From Octopus vulgaris (taxonomy: Eukaryota), in contig OX597833.1 of NCBI GenBank assembly GCA_951406725.2, forward strand, positions 68,510,001 to 68,574,000: a DNA stretch of 64,000 nt. The letters run 5' to 3'. The notes under the pieces are model-generated. The model ran no database searches, was not told the origin of the DNA, and saw only the letters and a list, made by a program, of their open reading frames with translations. The position numbers were made by a program, and so were the translations under genes. This document shows, one piece after another, positions 28,071-41,760 of this stretch (position 1 is its first letter; every line of letters begins with the position of its first letter).

Positions 28071-30172
28071 TTCAATGTGTACAATATGGGACCAAAAACA
28101 TTAAAGATTTGAGAGAGATTGAGGGAGAGAGACAATAATTTTAATTAGGAAAGAAATCATTTCAAATGAAAATATCAAAGAATATGTGGCTATTGGCATA
28201 GAACCACATAAGTAAATATTTAATCTATATACAAATTATACCAACACGAGTGATCAGGTATTTCAAAAACACGTAATTGTACTTACATATGCAGATATAG
28301 ATTCGTATAGATGTGTGCATATGTGTGTGTGTCCATGCGTTTGAATAGACAGATAGATAGATAGATAGATAGATAGATAGGCACCGAAGTATAAATAGAT
28401 AGATTGTATAGATAGGTGGATATACAGACAGACAGTCTGACTGATCAATTGATCGATTGATAAACAGACGGATTGAGTGATAGATAGATATATAGATAGA
28501 TAGGCAGACTGACTGACGGATAGCGAGATAGATAGACTGAGACAGACAGAGAGAGATATGTTTTATGAAAAAAGAGATATCATGACAATTCAGCATTGAA
28601 TGAATACTGAAAGATAGAACGTTTGCAGAATACTTTTTCCGTAGGAGAGTTTTAAAAGTGACTTGGAGTTTTGGTAGACGTGGTGACAGTTGCAGTATTA
28701 CAGTTCGTGTTATAGAATCGGATTTCAAATTCTCCCAGAATGGACTTAGAATTCCATCATGACATTGCAAAATAAGTGTACTGTAGTTAATTATTTCCCC
28801 ACCCCCTCCTTTTTCATGTATCTCTCTTTCTCAGAATCGTTTAAACAGCGATCTAACATGGAAGCAGTTCTTTCTCTCACCTGCTTATTTAGTTTGTGTC
28901 CTCAGAAATTGCAGGCTGCTGTCCCGGAAACTGGATCTCCACTGGGAGTCAGGAGCTTATTAGATTTGTTACAGAATGTCTCTAGAGCGCCTTTTCAAAT
29001 CCAAGCTTCTTCTGCTCGCATAATTTTATACACAAAGCGGATATATACATTTGTCCGGGAACCACATGCAGATATATATTCTCACTGAGACACTGAGCAT
29101 GAATTCTGATTCTCAACAGTGAATGGAGAATACGGAAATGGTGCCATCGCACGTCAGCAGTGGATATCAGATCGGGTTATCCATTAGATTCTCGATTGCG
29201 GCCGAGTATCGGATGTGGTCAACATTCATAAGGGACATGGGGAACTCGTTGGTCGCAGCCGTCTCAAACAGCCCGGGTGAAGACCACCGCAAGGACAATT
29301 GCAAGTAGTATTTAGGTCGAACTCTTTAGCTAGTCTTGTAATTTATATGGTTCATTAAATTACCAAAATGCTTACTACATTATACAACAAGAATATAAGT
29401 CTACAGTCAATCAAGCGATATATTATAAATTATATTACTGAACTACAAAGCGCCTAATGGAAGATAATGCTTACAAGTTGTATACACATAACATAGATTT
29501 CAATATTTAATAAGTCTAAGATAAAAGACAATCTCAGAATAGATGCAAACATTCATCAATTAACAATATTTGTCTGTTAATTTATTTATTTATTTATTTT
29601 GTATTTGTTTACGCGTTGTTACTATATTTATTTATCTTTAACTGTGTATGTTTACAAATTCTCTGGCTTACTAGTCAGTTCGTATATTTTTCGTTCAATT
29701 ATGGTTGGTATTTTCTTTTTACGCTGGGTGTTTTTCTGTGAAATAAGTCAATATTAACACTATTATCCGCAGAGATGGACTAACAACAGGTACGTAAGTT
29801 GGCACTGTGATTTAACCCTAAAAAAATCTCCAGGATTTGTTTTCTTACAACTATTCATAATCAAAGATCAAATCATGCCCTAGTCCAATTTTCATTCTTC
29901 CATCTTTGATTTAATACCGAACCAGTAAAGCGCAGGTATCCAATGAATTCCATACGCAATACCAATTCCATGCGCAATACCTTCATTCAAATAATTCGTG
30001 TTGTGAAAGCTTCCGTATATTCAACGCGCTGAAACTATGTTTGAGTCAGGTATGCGTAGCAGATGAGAAGTTCCCATGTCTTTTTTTTTTTTACCTTTGT
30101 CCCTTTGTGTTAATCATTTCCATTTCTAAGCACATTTCCTAAATTCGTAGAGCACCCAGCTTTCTATATCCT

Positions 30173-30953
30173 ATGAATTTTCCCACGCCAACATTAAAAC
30201 TGCGGCTTAAAATATCTGGAAGAGTATTCACTTTGTTTTGCTGTACTATTTTATCTCCGTAGACAAATTTCATTACATCTTTGGTATTCATTCGTTGGTT
30301 AATCTTACCTACTGCGTGTTAACTACAACGTGTTAGCTGCTTATATTGAGTTCTTTCAACACAGTATCTGTCGCATATAAATAGCAAAGTTTCAATCTAC
30401 GCATATTTTGATACGTATGCAGCATTGGCGAAACGCTGCATTTTCCTTCACCAAGTCAAAAACCATTTCCTAGATAGGACCAGAGGACGCGTTGCGTACA
30501 TCCATAAACTCTCTCTTTACGACGCTGGCGTTGCAGACTCGTTAATGAAATAATTTATTCGCTGTAGTCCACCTTGATTACAACCCGAGTCTCTTCAGCT
30601 AAGATCAATAGCAGAATTGTGAAATTGCCGAGTAAACAACTAGCGTAATTGTACTCTTGTAGAAGACAAAAAACACACTTTTTATCTATCAGAGAAGAAT
30701 TTTCTATATGCAATATAATAGAATTTGAATTATAACATTGACATACGTAACAACAAGCATAATGGAAAATGACAATGCAATAATTCAATTTTCACCTTTA
30801 TACATGTCGCCCGTTATATCTCAGATACAATCATGCATGAATCTAATTGATAACTCGTCTTATAATTTATGTATAATTTAGCATTTGATTAAATAAATAT
30901 ATAACTAATATGTATTTTATTATTTTATTATACTTACATGCATAATTATATTA

Positions 30954-30995
<42 letters not shown>

Positions 30996-31856
30996 TATGC
31001 GTGTGTTTTTATTATATATAAATATTATAAGAACGAAAAGTTTGCATTATGCGGTATTTGTTCTTTTGTAAGATAATGTAATAAAAGAACTTGCGAAGGT
31101 AATGTGAGGTTAACTTCACAAAGATAAAATTGTTTCGACAGTAATTTGCATTTTATTGACAAGTTTGAATATTTTCTGCTTAGTCGGGAATAATTATCTA
31201 AATGTATTTCTGCTTAAATATTCTTCATAACTATATCAATATCTCAATCACCCTTCCCATCTCTTCGCTTACTTATTCATGCTCTCATTATACACACGCA
31301 CGTAAACACATGCGCACGCGCACGTTTATATGTGTGCATATGTGTATTCATCTATATATACGTTGTTCTACAGCAAGATAGATTTATACTCATGCTTATA
31401 TCTATGCGTGGTTTTATAGATGCCGCTATATATGTATAAATTTATATATACACATACACACGTACACACACACATATAATTCCTGGTATGTATATACACA
31501 AACACACGTACACACACACATATAATTCCTGGTATATATATACACATACACACGTACAGACACACATAAATAATTCCTGGTATATATATATATATACACA
31601 CATACACACGTACACACACACAAATATAATTCCTGGTATATATATATATATACACACACACATACACACGTACACACACACATATATAATTCCTGGTATA
31701 TATATATATATACATACACACGTACACACACACACATATAATTCCTGGTATATATATATATATACACATAGACATACACACGTACACACACAGATATAAT
31801 TCCTGTTATATATATATACACATACATACGTACACACACACACATATATAATTCCT

Positions 31857-31906
<50 letters not shown>

Positions 31907-32403
31907 CTTACATATGCATCTGAACATGAACTTGTGTGTCTGTGTGTATATATATATGAATGAATATATACGTGTGTTTGTTTACCTGTGTGTATGTGTG
32001 TGTGTGTGGTTGGAGAGTGCTCTCGCATGCTTCTGATTCTTGATGCGATTCCATGTTTCTGCCGTACTGAATATATTATTTATCATTCACTTTAATTTTA
32101 GATGCGTTATTGCATAACTGAATTTTAAATTCGATTCCTCAATTTAGATTAGTTTGTTCCCAATCTATGTTGTTTTTGCTTTTTTTATTTATTTCTAATC
32201 TTATTTCGCCTTACGAACATTTCCAAGATATGTGTGATCAACACGAATAAAAATATTTCAAAAAATATTTTTATAAAAATTACAGAAAAAAAGATGAAAA
32301 ACAACATGAATTTTCCCACACCAGCATTAAAACTGCGGCTTAAAATATCTGGAAGGGTATTCAATTTATTTTGTTGTACTATTTTATCTCCGTAGACAAA
32401 TTT
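30173..32403. repeat. 98-bp dispersed direct repeat pair (30173-30270 and 32306-32403)
   Basis: atgaattttcccac...actgcggcttaaaatatctggaag...tgtactattttatctccgtagacaaattt occurs twice with a few substitutions. Confidence 0.9.
31450..31860. repeat. Minisatellite: ataattcctgg + (TA)n + cacacgtac + (AC)n units, ~7 copies
   Basis: The anchor ataattcctg recurs roughly every 50-65 bp. Confidence 0.92.
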
Positions 32404-33605
32404 AATTTCTGAAGAAAATAAATATGTACTAAAACGAAGCATATTTGCAATTTCCAACAAAAAAACATGTAACAAAAATGAAAGCAAAAAACAAACGGCA
32501 ATAATATATTGTGGAAATATTAAATTTTATTATCGTTGTAGTAGATTCGTTCAGATATGGCGTTTTGTTTCTGTCTGACTTTTCATTTTATTTTCATAAT
32601 CAGATTTCCTTAGAATGTGAAAGAACATTCTTGTTACTTTTCCATTTTAATGAGTTTTTCTGTTTTTTTTTTTTTTTTTTTTTCAAGAAGTTAATATTTG
32701 AACATACAAAGACAAGAAATTAAGTGCTACTTTGCATGACTATTATCTGAATCTGACTATTATTTGATTCAAAAGTGAAAGAGTTACACATTTATTGAAT
32801 TTTTATTCGTAACTTTTAAAATTTTTTTGCTTATTAGTATTCAGTTGAACTCATTTATACTGCATAGAGATAAGTAATTCGAAAAATCAGTAAATTCTTA
32901 GGGGGATCGCTTAGCATTTATTGGACTTATTCCAAATCCATTATAATAATTCATACTATAATAGACTGCGCCTGGAAGCCAAATGTTCTTTCAGACTCAC
33001 CGAGTACATGATATCAAAACGTATTATAAATAAAGAAATAATAAAGTTCATATTATACGATAAAAGAATTTATAAAAACTATGAAATGGAGCTAACCAAT
33101 GCATAGATTTGAAGTCCATTTCTTATACATTGTGAAATAGAATCGATGGTTTACAGCCGAATCGAGCCTGTTTGAAACATCAAGAAGGATGGAACACGGT
33201 GGTAAATTGTGCTAAGGAATAGTCAACTACTCATCGAAGAATGGAATTTTTTCGGCAAAATTCTACATGGATTTTATCTCTTCGGAAATTCCATTCGTAC
33301 AGCTGATTACTAAACTTATGGAAACTGCCGTTAACCAACAGGTAGATCTGAATAAGAATCAACGTACTTTCGAAAACATAACTATACTCGTCCATGGGAG
33401 CTATGGTCCTCTTAAACATACCTGATTTCCTAACTGATCTACATATTCAATAACAATAAACCGCATATAAAATGGTGACTTAAGAAGTAAAGTGTCTATT
33501 TATTAGCGAAATCTCATCTCATATAATATAAATATTGTGTTATACTAATACATCTGTTTGTTTTCTACACCACCTGTCTTGTCTTTTGTTTCTTTCGTGA
33601 ATCCT

Positions 33606-33609
<4 letters not shown>

Positions 33610-33669
<60 letters not shown>

Positions 33670-33932
33670 ATGTATATATATATGTATGTGTGTGTGTGTG
33701 CGTGTATGTATATATATATGTATGTATGTGTGTGTGTGTGTATGTATATATATATGTATGTATGTATGTGTGTGTGTGTGTGTATGTATATATATGTATG
33801 TATGTGTGTGTGTGTATGTATATATATATGTATGTATGTATGTGTGTGTGTGTATGTATATATATATGTATGTATGTATGTGTGTGTGTGTATATATATA
33901 TATGTATGTATGTATGTGTGTGTACGTGTGTG
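33610..33932. repeat. Compound (TA)/(TG)/(TATG) microsatellite with ~28-bp periodicity
   Basis: Seen directly. Confidence 0.95.
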
Positions 33933-35707
33933 TAACGCGAACATTTGTTTCACTATCGATTCACCGTATTCTTAACCAAATATTCCTGGTGAATTATATT
34001 GTTTCCATCGAAGACAAGTCCTATCTGCTGACTTCTTCTGTATATGTTACTTTCTCTTTCATTTAAACACATATCTATCAACGCTCTCCCATTAAATACA
34101 CACACACACACAATATTCTTTCAACTTCACCAATGTGAATACTATTTATCGCATTCCTTTTCTCACATTATCGAGTTTTATTTAATCCCTCGCGCTGTTT
34201 ATTCAGTAGAATCCCCTGCAGGGAAGCAGAAATTATTCTATTTTTCTTATTTACCATGAAGTCGCAGCTTTCGATTGAAAACAATGGTGGGATTTATTTT
34301 TGTCGTTTTCTTCACCTGTTGTATGTATTTCACCTTAAATGCTTGCTACTTCTGACACGGCGGATTTTTCTTGATTAGGATCTCTCGAGAACGTGTCTCG
34401 TATATTATTTTATCGTACCTGAATGCACCTGAATGTAAGGTTGATTGCATCAGTTTTGTGATGAAACAGAAGGGAAATGGCTGAAAGGAAAACCACTAAG
34501 ATTAATTTTTTCCGATGCTTTGACCACTCACGCATTCTACTTCTGTTATTAATGATGTAGAGGGATTGAGATATGCTCTAAATACACTTTGAAAACAATC
34601 ATCTCTACCGCTGTGAGTGTAAATAACCCACTGCATGTAGGAGACATCTGAGTAATATTGCAGAGGGAGAAATTTATATTCACATATTCGAAATTACGTT
34701 ACTGTTGTTTTAGTATTTAGCCCTTCCTCAAGCTAAATACTAAAACATAAGCTCATAAGCTTTACAGCTTCGATAATTATATATGTTGCATTAATTTGTT
34801 AATACATAATGCATCAAGGATTACATTTTTCAATGTACCTACACAAATTTTGAAAGGGCATGTTAAAGATTTGAAGGAAATCTTGATTGCTTTTACGAGC
34901 ATATCTAACACCTACATTAAGCCTTCCTATTTAGCTCAATATATGAAGGTAAATATTGGCTTTATTTTCAGGTTTATTTTTTTCCATGCAGAAATTTAAC
35001 GATGGTAAGATTTGATGGAAATTTTACACCTATTTATTTTAATAAATGCGGGCATTCATGTCTTTTTTTAAAATTTAATTAGAAAGGATACGTTCCTTCA
35101 TACTGCACAGCAGGTTTTATCCAATCGAGTATTTTAGCAGGTTCCATGTTTTTCTTTTCCACGCTTAAATAGTTACAGTGGCTACACGTTCAGTGATGTG
35201 TTTCATTCGCAATATCCGAGATTAAATCACATAATATATTTCATTCTATGAAATCCAAATATGCTTCATCCCGCTCCGCATAAAAAAAAAAAAAATTTTC
35301 TGTTGAAATATGAAATTAATATAATCGAAAAATTATGTTTAATTTAGCATTACATGTTCGGAAATCTTGGATTTAATATGATGTGGAAACTGGCCACTTA
35401 AGTGCTTTATCATGTATGAGATAAGGATCGGGAGTATGGAACTATACCTGGATAATTCCTCTCTAAAATACAGACCGAAACATAGGCTTTTTATTATAAC
35501 TGTGGAACCCCATCACATGCGTTAGAAAGAGCACTTCATGTGGATAAAACTCTGAGTTTCTCTTACACAAGGAAAGGGGAAGATAATACTAGGAATAACG
35601 ACTGCTACAGACTGTCTCCTTTGAACGCAAAGATATGAAGTTTGTTCGTCCTAGTGCAGTTATAGACCACCTAACACTTCATTCCGGAATGATATATAAT
35701 TGGCCAA

Positions 35708-36125
35708 AGCGGCGAGCTAGCAGAATCGTTTGCACGCCGGGCGAAATACTTAGTAGTATTTCGTCTGCCGCTACGTTCTGAGTTCAAATTCCGACGAGGT
35801 CGACTTTGCCTTTCATCCTTTCGAGGTCGATTAAATAAGTACCAGTTACGCACTGGGGTCGATATAATCGACTCAATCCGTTTGTCTGTCCTTGTTTGTC
35901 CTCTCTGTGTTTAGCCCCTTGTGGGTAGTAAAGAAATAGGTATTTCGTCTGTCGCTACGTTCTGAGTTCAAATTCCGCCGAGGTCGACTTTGCCTTTCAT
36001 CCTTTCGAGGTCGATTAAATAAGTACCAGTTACGCACTGGGGTCGATATAATCGACTCAATCCGTTTGTCTGTCCTTGTTTGTCCTCTCTGTGTTTAGCC
36101 CCTTATAGGTAGTAAAGAAATAGGT
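35708..36125 (+). mobile_element. SINE family B, head-to-tail dimer (second unit lacks the first ~50 nt)
   Basis: GCGGCGAGCTAGCAGAATCGTT (A box), GAGTTCAAATTCC (B box), central GCCTTTCATCCTTTCGAGGTCGAT...AAGTACCAG (resembles a Meta/alpha-type SINE domain, from memory). 35757-35940 is repeated at 35940-36123. Confidence 0.9.
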
Positions 36126-36559
36126 ATATAGTTGGCCGGAAACATGAACATCAATCTTGAATGGAGTAAAAGTGAAATAGAGAACGCAGAGACCATGAAC
36201 AAGTAGTGAAAACCAAACTACTGAATCTCTAAAATATCTGCCTATTCGGCACCTCTTTATAACATCCGTAACAGGGTATAGGTGAGAATTTTAAAGTTTG
36301 TGTAGCTGATTTTTCTTTGTGACTGTTAGATTAACATTGATTAAGCTGTCATTTCATGTATATAGATCATGTACTTGTTAAAGCTTTCTGCACGTATGTT
36401 TGTCTCTTTTTCTATATGCGTGTGTAGGCCTGTGGGTATTTTCTCAAACGCGCTCTTGTAATTTTCTTTGTGTTTAAGACTATTGGGGTGAACTAAGAGG
36501 AATTTGATAGCTTTTGAATTCATAAATAGGTGAAGCTACATCATATCGTCTCCCTTTTC

Positions 36560-36783
36560 TGTTTTAAGCTCGTTGGCGTTAGAAACCTGTTCGGTTTCGC
36601 CACAACACCAGTTTGGATATCAACAATTCGACAAAATGTAGAAACTCCTACACTCACAAAGCTTTGGGCTATTGCGGAAAGACACTAACCAAAGTTGTCA
36701 TACAGCAGGGCTTGCAGTAGGACTGGACCCGGAACAATATTTTTAGGAAGCAAACTTTTTACAGCACTGCCACTTCTGCGCCT
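36560..36783 (-). mobile_element. SINE family A, diverged
   Basis: cactcacaaagctttgg...ggactggacccggaac...gcaaactttt...gccacttctgcgcct. Confidence 0.65.
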
Positions 36784-37199
36784 CTGTGAGAGTAGAAGTA
36801 GTCAGTTGTGTAAGAAATTCTCTATACATATATTCGTACATGCTTCATAACTATAGCTATAGTGATGGGAATTAGCCTTATTGATAACGACGTTGGATCA
36901 TCCAACAGATGGATGAATGTTCATATTCCGTCTAGTTTATATAAACATAGTTTTCAATTTATGGTGCATTAGCCTCGCGATACTTGCTCGTGATATTACG
37001 ATGTAGGATCTCAGCAAGTTGTGCATTCAATTGCTGCTAAGATAATAATGCATTAACTCTTGATTGTACTGATAAAATATAGCTAAAGTAATCTCCATTT
37101 GTGTTGCCTTTAACTAAACATATGAAACGACAGCAATAATAATAAGAAGAAGATAATGATAACAATAGCAATACTAATAATAATAATAACAATGATAAT

Positions 37200-37389
37200 A
37201 GTTTCACATTTTAGGGGAGGTAGTTAAGTTGATTACATCGACACCAATGCTCGACTGGTATGTATTTTATCGACCCCGAAATGATGAAGGCAAAGTTGAC
37301 CTCGACGGAATTTGAATTCTGAACATAAAGATCGACGAAATGCGGTTAAAAATTTTTCTCGGACTATTAACGTTTCTACCAGTCCGCCA

Positions 37390-37392
<3 letters not shown>
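37200..37392 (-). mobile_element. SINE family B, diverged, flanked by (TAA)n
   Basis: ttttatcgaccccgaaatgatgaaggcaaagttgacctcgacggaatttgaa. Confidence 0.8.
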
Positions 37393-37447
<55 letters not shown>

Positions 37448-37675
37448 GAAAAAGATGGTAGTCGTACTAATAATTGTTGGAGCCCTGGGAACCGTCAGTA
37501 AAAATCTTGAGATGTACGTGGAACAAATATGGGCTGCAATAAGGGTGGAGCACTTGCAGAAAACAGCTCGAATGCTCCGGATGGTGCTCGAAAAATAAAG
37601 AGCGTTACCTTAGTTCACTGACAGTGAACTGCTGGCATCGAAGTACATCTCCAGCGTGAGGAGTTGTGGAAAGAC
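37448..37675 (+). mobile_element. 5'-truncated R4/Dong-type non-LTR retrotransposon 3' end inserted in a (TAA)n array
   Basis: 37455-37598 translates as MVVVLIIVGALGTVSKNLEMYVEQIWAAIRVEHLQKTARMLRMVLEK*. This matches the restriction-like-endonuclease C-terminus VVP.VVGALG.V...L........LQK....TAR.LR.VL of R4/Dong elements. (TAA)n on both sides. Confidence 0.8.
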
Positions 37676-38034
37676 AATAATAATAATAATAATAGCAATA
37701 ATAGTTTTCGCAGAGGACCAACAATTCAGAGGCGAGTTGGCAGAATGTTAGGCAGGTTTAGCAGCATTTCGTCACCGATGTCAGCTATATCATTCATGAT
37801 TTCGGGTTCTATAAAAAAAAGGACCACTGGACTACTGAGTGCGATGTAATCAACTAACCCACTCCCCACAATTATTATTATTATTATTATTATTATCGTA
37901 TTTGTTTAGTGGTTGAATTGCTTTTAGGAAATATAAGAAAATGTATGAAACACACTGCCACACACTATTTCTCCTCTCCTATCTGTTTAATCTATGTATT
38001 TATGTATGTACATATCTACGTCTCACTGTCACTT

Positions 38035-38070
<36 letters not shown>

Positions 38071-38074
<4 letters not shown>

Positions 38075-38125
38075 AGTACATTACGTATATGCATATATAT
38101 ATATATATATATAGAAGTACATTAC

Positions 38126-38159
<34 letters not shown>

Positions 38160-38208
38160 GTACATTACGTATATATATATATATATATATATATATAAGT
38201 ACATTACG

Positions 38209-38232
<24 letters not shown>
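38071..38232. repeat. Minisatellite: aagtacattacg + (TA)n, 4 copies
   Basis: Seen directly. Confidence 0.9.
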
Positions 38233-38241
<9 letters not shown>

Positions 38242-38252
38242 ATGTGTGTGTA

Positions 38253-38305
<53 letters not shown>

Positions 38306-39651
38306 ATATATATATGTGTGTGTGTGTATACATGTGGATGTGTGTATGTGGAACCTAAGTGGTAAACAAAAATTTCACCATAAGATCAAAGAAAAAACTT
38401 AATAAAGAAATAATAGAATGAAATATAAAATAAAATAAAATAATAAAATGAAATAAAACCGATATAGACTTTAGATTATATTTCCTCTATTTCTCTATTC
38501 CGATAGTTATTTTCTTTATTATTTTTTCTACATATATTCACCTGCAATTTCATTCCTATGCAAACGTATGCATTATCGCTTAAGTGGAAAACATTGAGGG
38601 TAAATGCCACTCAAATAATACTACGTGCATAATATTAGAACTTATTGATGCAGAAACGAATCTAAAACGTTTATCCAAGATAAAAATACACTAATCTGAT
38701 TCAGAGTTGTTATAAATTCCTTCGTTTTACTTTCACTTTCGTGATTTCTGTTTTTGTTATATATTCGGGCTACTTAATATCTGAGAAAGCCAAGATCGTT
38801 CGTATCCATATTATTCCACTTAGAAGTAATAGCAAGAGAATTGCTCGAATCTTATACACATACCCGACCAACATCCAAATTGCACACGTCTCTTTTCAAA
38901 ATGGCAGGTGTTCTTTAGATTGAACAACACGATAAACAGAGTTTATTTAAGAGAAGATTATGAGGACGAGTTAAGTGTTCAGTTTTAAAAGACTTAATAT
39001 AATGTTTGAGCAGTTGTGTACAAGTTATTTTCAACGTGGTTATGTACGAGGCTTAATTATTTAAGAATTCCTGTGATATATATATGTATATATATGTGTG
39101 TATGTGTGTTTTATTTATGTTTGTATAAATGTATTTATATATGCATATATATATTTATATATGCATATATATATTTATATATGCATATATATATATATAT
39201 ACATATATTTTTGTATATATACGTACATATGTATACATATATATGTATATATATATATATATATATGTATGTATATGTATACATATATATGTATGTATAT
39301 GTATACATATATATGTATGTATATGTATACATATATATATATATGTATACATATATATATATATGTATACATATATATATGTAAATATATATATATGTAA
39401 ATATATATATGTATATATACATATATAAGTATATATATATATATGTGTGTGTATATGTATATGTATATATGTATGCATATTTATGTACAAACATATGTAC
39501 ATGCGAGTACGCAAACACACACTCACACACACACACACACATATATATATACCCAAACACAATTATAAATTTATACAAGCCTTTATTTTTCATTGAAAAC
39601 AGTTCACCTTGAAGTAGCCTATTGCACTTATGTGTCTGAGTCTGTATGTTT

Positions 39652-39688
<37 letters not shown>

Positions 39689-39901
39689 TATTATTTTACT
39701 TGGGATATAGAAGTATATTTTCTGTTCTTCTCATTCTCATGGCTGTCGATGTGTTCATGTAAGCATGTGTGTACATGGGTTAATGTTTGCATGTATATAT
39801 ACACACATATATGTAAGAGTGTGCATTCGTTCGTGTACATATACACATATATTTATATATATATATATATATATGCCTATATAAATATTGGGACGTGAAC
39901 T

Positions 39902-39934
<33 letters not shown>

Positions 39935-40250
39935 ATATATATATATATACATACATACGCATTTATCTGCGTCTGCATTATTGTGTAAGTATATCTCTAC
40001 GCACACATGCACGTGTGTGTGTGTGTGTGTGTATGTGTTTTGGTAGATGTTGGTGTGTATGTGTGTGTATAACGATTCTCTTCTACATGACATTGTACAT
40101 AATAGCAATTCAATGCTTAAACTGAGATATCACTGAAATGTTTTGTATAGAAAACAAGTACGAGAATCTACAAGGAATTTTGTTTGCCAATGCCATCGAA
40201 ATATCGGCTTTCTCGCCACTAAGTGTATTCAGTGTGCGTTTGTGAGTATA

Positions 40251-40305
<55 letters not shown>

Positions 40306-41214
40306 TACATCGTTATCTGCAGTTCCCTTCAAAACAAATAACTGTAAAACTGTAGTACTTTAAAGAATATATCATTATAACTCGTACGTGTGTAAATTAG
40401 TTTATTGTGAACAATGGCAAAGTGACAGATTAGCCGAGAGAGAGAAAGGTGCAAGAGGAGATGAAGAGAAGGAAGAGAAGGAGAAGTGGATAATTGAAGA
40501 GGAACGCAAACCTTTACTCTTGAAGTGTTTTCTCTGAACTAAATTTCACTTCAAAGTGATTCTAATCGAAAAACAGAGAGAAATGCTCTATTCCAATATA
40601 ACGAAGCATTTATTAGGGTTTAGAGAATTTGAAGATTATATGATCAAACGTGGTAAACAAATATCCAAGAGATAAAAAAAATCAAGAGAGATATCTAAGC
40701 ATTAGATGCAAATCTTAGTAATATAATGGGATGATATTTTGTGGACTTCATATTTTGGTGACATTAGACAATACAATTATAGAAATTATAAACATAACAA
40801 CACATAGTATTTGTGGTGTGTTCAGGGAAGGTTAACTTTTGATACGATTTACTGTAGGAAGGTTAGAATATATGTTAGGAAGAGAAATAGCGAGGAACTC
40901 TGATAAAAGGGGATCTCAGAGTTTATCAAGAAACAGAGAGAGTCCTAAAGCTGACCGAGTATAGAAGGGCGAGTCATTGATAGTCTGCAAATGGTGACGA
41001 GAGGAGTTTAATAAATAGAACTGATTGATCTATTAAGTGAATAACTAATCAAACAATTGATTAGCTAAGTGGTTGAATGGTTAACCAATTGGAAAATAAT
41101 GAAAAACATGAAATAAAACCGGTGCGTATGTTCATTATTCGCATAATGATTTTCCCGACGTCCAACGAAATAGTTTTAATTGATATAAATTATATATCAT
41201 TCATCTGTTAACTT

Positions 41215-41760
41215 TTAGTTGTTAAACTGGGGCCATGATGGAACAACGCCCTGATGGAAGTTTAGTATAGCAAACTGTTCACCTTGGGCCCTATGATTTT
41301 GAAACTTGGCGTTTATTCTATCCTACCCTGTTGCCGGCACGCTAATTACGGGTATGTAAACACACCAAGACGCGCTCACACACACACACACACACACATA
41401 TACTCACATACCTCGGTCTTCTATCAGTTTCCATCTACCAAATCCTCTCACAAGGTTTTGAGCAGCACGAGGTTATAGAAGAAGACAGTTACCCGAGGGC
41501 CACGCAGTGGGATTTAACCAGGAACCATGTGATTGGTAAATAAGCTTCTTAGTACATAGCCACAAGGCCAGCAAATTAAAGGTTTTGCCTTTAGTCGATA
41601 CCACTGCTCCCGATATTTGACTAGGTATTGATGTTATGGTCCCGAAGGAAAGAAAGACAAAATTAGCCTCTGTGGGATTTGAACCCAAGTTACAGTGATA
41701 AAAACATGATTCATAATATTGTTCTTCCATGCTCTAATGATTGTAGCAGCGTACTGCTTT
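41215..41760 (-). mobile_element. Adjacent diverged SINEs: family A (~41215-41565) and family B (~41565-41760)
   Basis: cagtttccatctaccaaatcctctcacaagg...cacgcagtgggatt...ggaaccatgtg, followed by cccgaaggaaagaaagacaaa...ggatttgaac. Confidence 0.7.

Noticed and set aside
31450-31860. Regularly spaced anchors as a CRISPR-like array
   Set aside because: The 'spacers' are simple TA/CA repeats rather than unique sequence, and the context is eukaryotic with no cas genes.
34970-35010. TGCAG|13 nt|GTAAGA microexon
   Set aside because: Frame-shifting length and no supporting evidence; such motifs are expected by chance in 64 kb.
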